Below are positions 54,111-64,000 of a stretch of 64,000 nt of DNA, one piece after another (positions within the stretch are counted from its first letter, which is position 1; each line of letters begins with the position of its first letter). The stretch comes from Squalus acanthias (Eukaryota). A program made the position numbers and the translations under genes. The stretch is from the NCBI GenBank assembly GCA_030390025.1, contig CM059431.1:100690001-100754000 (forward strand), written 5' to 3'. The notes below the pieces were generated by a model, which worked only from the letters and a program-made list of their open reading frames with translations, had not been told where the DNA came from and searched no databases.

Positions 54111-54505
54111 GTATTTCCAAGTAGCACATTTTTCATTTACAATATTATGAAAATATGCATTCATATACACACAGCTCCGCTTCTGATAACTGATAGATGT
54201 TAATTGTGGATCTCTGTGATCTTTTTTTAAACACTTTTTTTTTGTTAAAACCTAAAAATCACAAGGATTACACCATACTGAAAGAATAGAGAGTCCAAAA
54301 ATCAGATCAAATCATGTTCGAATTTAACTTTGCGATGCAATGCATTGAAAAATGTAATTTGGTAGAATTGCATTTTAGGAAACATAGTGGCATTGCAGAT
54401 TTCACCTGACTGTAAATATAGCAACTACTCTCTGGAATGATAATGCAACTCCTTAGTTAATACGGGAACCATAAATGTGTTGATGCTTGCGGTAACAGTG
54501 AGGAG

Positions 54506-54669
54506 CAATATTCCCGCTAATTTCTTTTGGGGTGCGCGGCCCCTTTAACAGGCTGCGCGGCCCGTTCAAATTATCGCACATGCGCGGTTTTTGCCATTTA
54601 CAAGCCGGCGAGCTGCCTGCACCGGACATCCAGACCGCTGCGCGGCTGCGCGGCTTAACGGGAACATTG
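54506..54669. mobile_element. hAT-type MITE
   Basis: TIR caatattccc/gggaacattg; perfect 8-bp TSD gtgaggag at 54498 and 54670. Confidence 0.85.
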
Positions 54670-55229
54670 GTGAGGAGTTACTGTAACACATATGAATTGA
54701 ATTCAGTTTTAAAGACTTTTGTCAGGAATTTGCCGTGGTCACAAAGAGGCCATTTTTTTTGTGTCAGAAGGCAACAGAAGTAGAAATCCACCAAGAGTTT
54801 TACACCAAGCGGTATGGTGTTTTAAAAGTGCAGTACTTATAGCAGAAAACTTTAACAAAAGTCTACAAAGCTTGCATGCAAAACAAAAAGTGCAAAATTA
54901 TGAGCATTAGATAAATGCCACAGAGGTTGCATTAGCCCGTAATTAAACAAAGTCCTGGTGTGGGGACTCGAGCCGGATCTTCAGCCAGTATTGGTTAAAC
55001 TGCGACGGCGGTGAGGGTGTTACAACTGGCCTCGTCGCTCCTCAATTAGGGGCAAGAAAATCAACCAGGGCTCCCACTATCCAGGCATCACTGCAGGAAT
55101 TGTGCATGTGTGTTGACTATGAATATTACGTATTACATAGGATATACGGCACAGAAACAGGCCATTCGGCCCAACCAGTCTATGCCGGCGTTTATGCTCC
55201 ACTGGAGCAGATGAAATTTAGCAAGTGTA

Positions 55230-55650
55230 ATGTCAGCTGTGGCTCAGTGGGCAGCACACTCGCCTCTGAGTCAGAAGGTTGTGAGTTCGAATCCCTCTCC
55301 AGGGACTTGAGCACATAAAGCTCAGCTGACACTCCAGTGTCTTTCGGATGAGATGTTAAAGCGAAGCCCCGTCTGCTCTCTCAGGTGGACATAAAAGATC
55401 CCACGGCACTATTTCGAAGAAGGGCAGGGGTGTTGTTCTCCCCGGTGTCCTGGCCAATATTTATCCCTCAACCAACAGATTATCTGGTCATCATCACACT
55501 GCTGTTTGTGCAACATTGCTGTGCGTTTCCCACGGTCTTCTGCTATAAGTACTGCATTACAACAGTGACTCCACTTTAAATAGTACTTCATTGGCTGTAA
55601 AGCGCTTTGAGACGTCCGGTGGTCGTGAAAGGCGCTATATAAATGCTTTC
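55230..55650 (+). mobile_element. Deu-SINE (paralogue of the copy at about 56835-57260)
   Basis: Shared private variants and shared 5' flank. Confidence 0.8.
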
Positions 55651-55679
55651 ATTGGAACAGTGGTGTCAATACTCACTTT

Positions 55680-56010
55680 AAAAAAAAGGGAAATCGTTCA
55701 TGAGATGTGGTCGTCGCTGGCAAGGCCGGCATTTATTGAACCGCAGAGGGCAGTTAAGAGTCAACCACATTGCTGTGGGTCACATATAGGACGGCAGATT
55801 TCCGTTCCCTAAAGGACATTAGTGATTTTACGAGAATCCGGTAGTTTCATGGTCACCATTACTGATACTGTTTTTTTTTCCAGATTTATTTAATTAACTG
55901 AATTTAAATTCCCCAGCTGCCGTGGTGGAATTTGAACTCGCGTCTCCAGATCATTAGTCCAGGCCCCTGGATTACTAGTCCAGTAACATAACCATTATGC
56001 TGCCGTACCC
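55680..56010 (-). mobile_element. tRNA-headed SINE sharing its 3' tail with the second LINE family
   Basis: Head gcagcataatggtt..gagttcaaattccacc; tail caataaatgccggccttgccagcgac..cacatc..atgaacg matches LINE ends at about 36420-36465 and 45975-46025. Confidence 0.7.
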
Positions 56011-56099
56011 GCTGAGCAATCGAAAGCTATTCCATTTATTCAAAGAATGGTCATTAATAGTGAGATGCCTTAACAGAACAATAAATGTTCGGATTATGA

Positions 56100-57260
56100 C
56101 TTGCTATAGACAAGCTTGTAAGGCTCAAAACAAATAAATCTCCTGGGATGGATGTTATTTATTTCGGAGTAATAAGAGGCAAGGGATATAATGAGTGAGA
56201 CAATGTCAGTCATTATGAAGTAATCAAACACTGGAGAAATCCCAATAGATTAGAAACAGGATAACTCCGTACCTATTTTCCAAAAAGGATGATAAAACAG
56301 AACCAGGCAACTACAGACCTAATAGTCTTACTTTACTATTGGTTAAAAAAAATGGAATTTGTCAGGAGTAAACTTAGATTACCTGCATAATACCGAGTAA
56401 ACAGCAGCCAACACAGATTCAGAAGGGGAAATCCTACCTGACCAACCTCCATGACTTATTTTGGAGAAAGATACATCCCAAGTGAACTGTGAAAATACCT
56501 AAGTGGTTTACTTTGTAGCCAAAAGCATTCGACAAACTTCTACACGAAAGGATACGAGTTAAGCTTAAAGCGGTGGGGATTCAGCGTAAAATTTGGGATA
56601 TGAAATTGGCCAATGAATAGAAAACAGCGGGCTCCTATTTAAGGAGTGATGCAGAATTGGGGGGGTGTGGGGTAAATACTAAATGGAGTGCCCCAGGGAT
56701 TGATGTTTGGACTTGTACCGTTTCTATTATACATTAAACATCTGAGGAGAGAGTTAAGGAACTACGAGATATGAGTTGGACAAAATATGTAATGGGCTGA
56801 ATGACAGCAGATGAAATTTAGCATGGACAAGTGTAATGTCAGCTGTGGCTCAGTGGATAGCACACTCGCCTCTGAGTCAGAAGGTTGTGAGTTCGAATCC
56901 CTCTCCAGGGACTTGAACACATAAAGCTCGGCTGACACTCCAGTGCAGTGCTGAGGGAGCGCTGCACTGTCGGAGGTGCCGTCTTTCGGATGAGACGTTA
57001 AACCGAGGCCTGTCTGCTCTCTCAGGTGAACGTAAAAGATCCCATGGCCAATATTTATCCCTCAATCAACATCACTAAAACAGATTATCTGGTCGTTATC
57101 ACATTGCTGTTTGTGCAACATTGCTGTGCGCAAATTGGCTGCCGCATTTCCCACATTACAACAGTGACTCCACTTCAAATAGTACTTCATTGGCTGTAAA
57201 GCGCTTTGAGAGGTCCGGTGGTCGTGAAAGGCGCTATATAAATGCAAGTCTTTCTTTCTT
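56100..57260 (+). mobile_element. Highly decayed CR1 RT relic followed by a Deu-SINE
   Basis: ggcaactacagacc (GNYRP), ggagtgccccaggga (GVPQG), cagatgaaatttagcatggacaagtgt (QMKFSMDKC) with many stops. Confidence 0.7.
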
Positions 57261-58249
57261 TTATGTACTGCACATATGGGCCCAGATTTTGCTCTCAGCA
57301 GCAAAGATTCACCTCACTGACAGTTGCCCACAGACATTTCACAGACATATCATCGGAGATTTCCACTAATCCACCATCTTCTACAGGGGATCTGTGGCGT
57401 CTGTGAACAGGTCAAGCAACAGCGAAGCTCTTCAACCAATCAGGTTGAAGAATCCTCAGTAAGACATGCAGAGCTCAAATCAGGAAGCATAAAGCAGGAA
57501 ATATAAATTAGATTTTAAATGATGTGGAGAAAGCGAAATAAAGATTGGGAAATACAAATGGGATTAAGGGGGAGAGATAAAAGAGACAAACAGAAAAAGT
57601 TAAAAAAAAAATAATAAATTTTTAAAAAATCTGCAACAATCAGATAGATGGATAGTTGGATAGATGGATGGATAGAAAGAAAGAACAAACTTACATTTAT
57701 ATAGCACCTTTCACAACCTCAGGACGTCCCAAAGCGCTTTACAGCCAATGAAATGCTTCTGAAGAGCAGTCAGTTGTAATGTAGGAAATGTAGCAATGTA
57801 CGAAACAGGACAATAGTGACCATGTTATGATGTATTTTAATTTGATTTGGGAACAGCACGTCAAGTAACCAAACATCAGCGTACAGTTTGAGAAAAGTAA
57901 ATTTCAGGGGCATAAAAGCCAAGCTTAGTCACAGAGTAAAGGAAGGGGCACTACCCAAGAATATGTTGAGATTAAATGGGCATCTTTCAAAACATTCTCC
58001 AAGACACAATGGCTAAGTGCAAATTTAAAAAAAAAATTGGGTGAATCCAAAACTTGTCAGGAGCAGAGATCAGGTGACCATTAGGCCAAGTACAACTTAT
58101 AGAGAAGCGGGTTTAAAAAATAAATTAAGTTTCCAACAAAAAACTGGAAAGGGGCACAGCAGCAAATACAAAACATAATGACAAAATATTCTTCCAATAG
58201 TATATCAAGAAGGCAGCAAGGGAAGAAGTTAAAACACTAAGGGAGCCAA

Positions 58250-58600
58250 AACAACAATAACAACGTATATTTATATAGCGCCGTGAACATAGTAAAACAT
58301 CCCAGGGCGCTTCACAAGACCGTAATCCGACAAAAATTGACACCGAGCCACATAAGGAGGTATTAGGACAGGTGACCAAAAGCTTGATCGAAGAGGTAGG
58401 TTTTAAGGAGTGTCTTAAAGGAGGAGAGGTAGAGAGGCAGAGAGGTTTAGAGAGGGAATTCCAGAGCTTAGGGCCTTGGCAGCTGAAGGCACGGCCGCCA
58501 ATGGTGGAGCGATGAAAAACCGTGATGGGCAAGAGGCCAGAATTGGAGGAGCGCAGATATCTCGGAGGGCTGTAGGGCCAGAGGCAGTTACAGAGGTTTG
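58250..58600 (-). mobile_element. L2 3' fragment
   Basis: TIGGRAFS..GPKLWNSL. Confidence 0.8.
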
Positions 58601-60016
58601 ACTTATACCTCCCACCGAGTTTCCGCCCCCTTCCTGACATTTAGCAGATGAGAGAACTCCTAAGTAAGCCAAGTACACGTCTAACATCCACCACGGCATT
58701 TATTCACACATGAAGAATGTGTATTTGAAGATCACCTGATGACGTAGTGGGTAAATACTCTCTCACCTGTGTTAAGTTAGCTCAGCTAGGGCCACATTAG
58801 ATGTGCCACAATTGGCCCCCAGCATCCTGGAGTCGGGAGTGAAAAATGAGCCGGAATTCTCACTCTTCATCACTATTCAGTGACCTACGTTGGAAAGTGT
58901 ACATGCATTGACATCAGGAGAGGTTGAAATCAGCTTCATTTGTGATGCAGCCCCACCAACCCCACCCCACCTCCCCACCACCCCCATAGCAAAATAGCCA
59001 GATAACACTACTGCCATGGCCACACATGAATGGCACTCTGGCATGAGGCACTTGAGACCGATAGTGACCATGGAACTTGGAGGAGAGGAGAAAAACTGGA
59101 TGAAAGTATGGCCACTTGGGCACGGGACTGAAGCATTGCTGGCACGCATGGCACACTATTCCATCAAAAGTCACTGCCTATGATAAGAGACAGAGAGAAA
59201 ATTGGGGGGATGAAAGAAATTTTAAAAAGGAATTTACTTTTAAGTACTGTAATGCATTTCAGTGAATCACAGTGAAGAACAAAGCTTACGGAAATTATCT
59301 ACAAATGGTGACTGGTTCATGATTGTAATCTACTGAAAGAAATTTTCTCGAACCAATATATCTCTCATTTTAAATCAATGTGTTTTATGACCAACAAACA
59401 ATTCAACTATCAGTTTCCTAAATCAATACAAATGAAGATCTTGCAGCAACTATAAAGTATTTGTCCACAAACATACAACACCATCAGTCTACAGACCTTA
59501 GTCTGTAGGATCAAGAAAAGAAATTGTATGGGACACCCTCCAGCTCAATAAAACATAGTTGATATAATCTGTACATGATGCACCCTCCAAAAACTATTAC
59601 TACATTGATGTAGTGACCTGGGTCCCACTACTTAGGTCAGAAAGCAATGTTTCTGTGTGGTCCACACCATGCTAACCCCACTATCTCACTGAATTCCCAC
59701 GCAGCCCACATTTGCTGGAGCCACAGATCCTACTCCCATGTATAATCAGTATCCAGCACAGAAAAGCCAAAATGCTCAATATCCAGATGGGTTTCAGTGA
59801 TCACAGACTGTCCCCTACCACGAGCAATTTAAACTAATGATCACCAATAGGGATAGGGAATACATGGACATGAAACTTGCCCAACATGAAGAGACAATTG
59901 ACAATGCATAATATCAGGTTCACAAAGCCACACGGAAATGCACTATCATGCTGCCCCAACTGAGCAACAGAATTTACGCTCACATTCACTAATCTCCAGG
60001 CAGTAAACTCTATCTT

Positions 60017-60530
60017 TTTTTAATTTAGTTTATGGGATGTGGGCGTCACTGGCAAGGCCAGCATTTATTGCCCAGGCCAGCATTTATTGCCCATCCCTCA
60101 TTGCCCTTGAGAAGGTGGTGGTGAGCCACCTTCTTGAACCACTGCAGTCCGTGTGGTGAAGGTACTCCCACAGTGCTGTTAGGGAGGGAGTTCCAGGATT
60201 TTGACCCAGCGACGATGAAGGATCGGCGATATACTTCTAAGTCAGGATGGTGTGTGACTTGGAGGGTAACTTGGAAGTGGTGGTGTTCCCATGCCCCTGC
60301 TGCCCTTGTCCTTTTAGGTGGAAGCGGTCGCGGGTTTGGGAGGTGCTGCCGAAGAAGCCTTGGCGAGTTGCTGCACTGCATCTTGTAGATGGTACACACT
60401 GCAGCCACGGTACGCCGGTGGTGGAGGGAGTGAATGTTTAAGGTGGTGGATGGGGTGCCAATCAAGCGGGCTGCTTTGACCTGGATGGTGTCGAGCTTCT
60501 TGAGTGTTGTTGGAGCTGCACTCATCCATC
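60017..60530 (-). mobile_element. Second LINE family 3' fragment
   Basis: WMSAAPTTLKKLDTIQ..WNSLPNS. Confidence 0.85.
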
Positions 60531-60789
60531 CACTATACTCACCTAAAAAGGCACTGAATGAAGGGGAGGCAATCACTCAAGGGGCAAGAAGGAAAGTCAG
60601 AAGATGAGTTACACTGGACTTCTCTCAGAGTCTAGATATTGATGCCAGAATACATTGGTTAACAATGTTAGCTGAGGATGAGTTACACTGGACTTCAGTT
60701 CTAGGCATTAATTCTAGGACACATCAGAACAGGCTTGGGAGCAGGTTAGCTGTCTACCCTGGTGACCAGAGAATAGTGCAAGGAATTCA

Positions 60790-61940
60790 ATTTACAATTC
60801 TAAAGGAGGTGCATGAACAGAGAGACCTGTGGGTATTTGTGCACAAATCGTTGATGGTGGCAGGGCAGGTGGAAAGCGGTTAAAAAAGCAATACGGGATC
60901 CTGGGCTTCATAAATAGATGCATAGAGTACAAAAGCAAGGAAGTTATGATAAAAGAAAAAGAAAGACTTGCATTTATGCAGCGCCTTTCACGATCACTGG
61001 ACGTCTCAAAGCGCTTTACAGCCAATGAAGTATTTTTTTTGGGACTGTAGTCACTGTTGTAATGTGGGAAACGCTGCAGCAAATTTGCGCACAGCAAGCT
61101 CCCACAAACAACAATGTGATAATGACCGTTTTTTTGTTATGTTGATTGAGGGATAAATATTGGCCAGGACACCGGGGATAACTCCCCCTGCTCTTCTTTG
61201 ATATAGTGCCATGGGATCTTTTACGTCCACCTGAGAGAGCAGACGGGGCCTCGGTTTAACGTCTCATCCGAAAGACGGCACCTCCAACTGCACTGGAGTG
61301 TCTGAAACCCACAACCTTCTAACTCAGAGGCGAGTGTGCTACCCACTGAGCCACTGAAGAACCTTTATAAGACACTGGTCCAGCCTCAACTGGAGCATTG
61401 TGTCCAATTCTGGGCACCGCACTTTAGGAAGGATGTGAAGGCCGTAGAGAGGGTGCAGAAAAGATTTACAAGAATGGTTCCAGGGATGAGGGACTTCAGT
61501 TACATGGACAGACTAGAGAAGCTGGGGTTGCTCTCCTTAGAGCAGAGAAGATTGAGAGGAGATTTGATAGAGGTGTTCAAAATCATGAGGGGTCCAGACA
61601 GAGTAGATAGAGAAAAACTGTTCCCAATGGTGGAAGGGTCTAAAACCAGAGGACACAGATTTAAGGTGAATGGCAAAAGAACCAAAGGTGACATGAGGAA
61701 AAACCTTTTTACGCATGAGTGATCAGGATCTGGAATGCACTGCCTGAAAGGGTGGTGGAGGCAGATTCAATCGTGGCTTTCAAAAGGGAGTTGGATAAGT
61801 ACCTGAAGGAAAAAAATTTGCAGGGTTATGGGTAAAGGGCGGGGGAGTGGGACTAGCTGAAGTGATCTTGCAGAGTGCCGGTACGGGCTCAACGGGCCAA
61901 ATGGCCTCCTTCTGTGCTGTAACCATTCTATGATTCTATG
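60790..61940 (+). mobile_element. CR1 interrupted by a minus-strand Deu-SINE (about 60950-61355)
   Basis: IEYKSKEVM...NLYKTLVQPQLEHCVQFW joins across the SINE. Confidence 0.85.
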
Positions 61941-61954
61941 AGACGAGCCATTGT

Positions 61955-63630
61955 ATTTACAGTAGAAGAAAAGTGCTGGAAATCCCAAGGAGATTAATAT
62001 TGAATCGGGGATAGGGACTCAATAAAATTAACGTAAGTAAAATAACAGTAATGAAGAAAATAATGGCACTAAAGAGTGACAAATCCCCAGGACCAGATGG
62101 TTTCCATCCCAGGGTTTTAAAGGAAGTAGGTGAGCACATTGCAGATGTTCTAAGTATATAATCTTCCAAGTTCTCTAGATTCAGGAACCGTTCCTTTAAA
62201 TTGAAAAATTGTGCACGTCACTCCGCTATTTAAGAATGGCGAGAGAGGGAAACCAGGGAATTATAGACCAGTTAGCCTAACATCTGTTGTGGGGAAATTG
62301 CTAGAGTCTATAATTAAGGATAGGGTGACTGAACACCTCGAAAATTTTCAGTTGATCAGAGAGAGCCGGCATGGATTTGTGAAAGGTAGGTCATGCCTGA
62401 CAAACTTGATTGAATTTTTTGAAGAGGTGACTAAAGTAGTGAACAGGGGAAGAATGTCTATGGATGTTATTTATATGGACTTCCAGAAGGCATCTGATAA
62501 AGTCCCACATAAGAGACTGTTATCTAAGGTAGAAGCCCACGGAATTGAGGGCAAATTATTGACCTGGTTAGGAAATTAGCTGAATGGCAGGAGACAGACA
62601 ATAGGGATAATGGGTAGGTCCTCAAATTGGCAGGATGTGACTAGTGGTGTCCCGCAGGGATCTGTGTTGGGGCCTCAACTATTCACAATATTTATTAACG
62701 ACTTAGATGATGGCATAGAAAGTCATATATCCAAATTTGCCGATGACACAAAGATAGGTGGCATTGTAGGCAGTGTAGATGAAAGCATAAAAATACAAAG
62801 GGATATTGATAGATTAAGTGAATGGGCAAAACTGTGGCAAATGGATTTCAATGTAAGCAAATATGAGGTCATCCACTTTGGACCTAAAAAGGACTTTCTA
62901 AATGGTGAAAAGCTCAAAACAGTGGAGGTCCAAAGAGACTTGGGGCTCCAGTTACATAAAAAATCATGAACAGGTACATAAAATGTCATGAACAGGTACA
63001 GAAAATAATCAACAAGGCTAACAGAATGCTAGCCTTTATATCTAGAGGACTAGAATACAAGGGGGTAGAAGTTATGCTGCAGCTATACAAAGCCCTGGTT
63101 AGACCACACCTGGAGTACTGTGAGCAGTTCTGGGCACCACACTTTAGGAAGGATATAGTGGCCTTGGAGGGAGTGCAGCGTAGGTATACCAGAATAATAC
63201 CCAGACTCCAAGGGTTAAGTTACAAGGAGAGATTACACAAATTAGGGTTGTATTCCCTAGAATTTAGAAGGTTAAGGGGTGATTTGATCGAAGTTTTCAA
63301 GATATTAAGGGGAACAGATAGGGTAGATAGAGAGAAACTATTTCCACTGGTTGGGGATTCTAGGACTAGGGGGCATAGTCTAAAAATTAGAGCCAGACCT
63401 TTCAGGAGTGAAATTAGGAAACACTTCTACACACAAAGGGTGGTAGAAGTTTGGAATTCTCTTCCACAAACGGCAATTGATGCTAGATCAATTGTTAATT
63501 TTAAATCTGAGATTGATAGCTTTTTGTATGAAGGGGTATGGGCCAAAGGTCACAGATCAGCCATGATTTCATTGAATGGCAGAACAGGCTTGAGGGGCTG
63601 AATGGCCAACTCCTGTTCCTATGTATGTTC
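61955..63630 (+). mobile_element. 5'-truncated CR1 with disrupted RT
   Basis: NYRPVSLTS, MDFQKASD, GVPQGSVLGP, KFADD in three frames; CR1 tail. Confidence 0.92.
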
Positions 63631-63757
63631 AATTTATACCACAGAGATTTATCGTCCTCTTGATTCTTTAAAATTTAAATATATGTGTTTTCTCTTAGCA
63701 AACAGCTCTTTTACAGTGGAAGACTGAATTCCATTAGATCATATTCAACGATCATTG

Positions 63758-63826
63758 GACGAAGGGTTCGACCCGAAACGTTGACTCTGTTTCTCTCTCC
63801 TCGATGCTGCCTGACCTGCTGAGTGT
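63758..63826 (+). mobile_element. Truncated Penelope-like hammerhead fragment
   Basis: gacga-a-gggt(tcg)accc-gaaacgtt-gact; 5' part of the core missing. Confidence 0.65.
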
Positions 63827-64000
63827 TGTAGAATTCGCAATATATCGCGATTTTGTTAATAAGGAGAAAACACAGAGTTTCGTTCAAACAGCTTTTATTT
63901 CAGCAGAATGCTGGCAGGTTTAAAGTGGACACAAGCAGCCTGTAAAATGGCCGCCGCACCTCGTGACAGAACATTCTAGACTTTTCAACAGGCAGACAAG

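Noticed and set aside
60603..60730. Direct repeat gatgagttacactggacttc about 75 bp apart
   Set aside because: Only two degenerate units; ordinary local duplication
43946..64000. Search for the next upstream PCCA exon (MGIKTVA-HSDVD-like)
   Set aside because: No matching segment with splice sites found by eye; probably beyond the window. The DVNA match near 58905 lacks the surrounding motif

Overview
Repeat-rich cartilaginous-fish (shark-type) genomic DNA. The window lies inside one large minus-strand gene, PCCA (propionyl-CoA carboxylase alpha). Six short exons (human-equivalent exons 5-10, biotin carboxylase domain) were read by hand. All have GT-AG boundaries and consistent phases, and the ORF track misses them. 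Nearly all listed ORFs are retroelement fragments: CR1, L2, RTE and a second CR1/L2-type LINE family, plus Deu-domain (SacSINE1-like), HE1-like, LF-SINE-like and other SINEs, often nested. The most notable signal is a short Penelope-like element at 5 loci (6 motif copies) carrying a minimal type I hammerhead ribozyme with covarying stem II. Three insertions have long target-site duplications. One intact copy lies in sense orientation about 40 nt upstream of a PCCA splice acceptor, and another forms a 140-bp-arm hairpin. Other signals: hAT-type MITEs with 8-bp TSDs, a twin-primed RTE, a telomeric-repeat scar in a CR1, a SINE-born 33-bp minisatellite, and repeat-free candidate conserved non-coding blocks. 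Family names come from recognition, not database search. Repeat boundaries are approximate unless a TSD is quoted.
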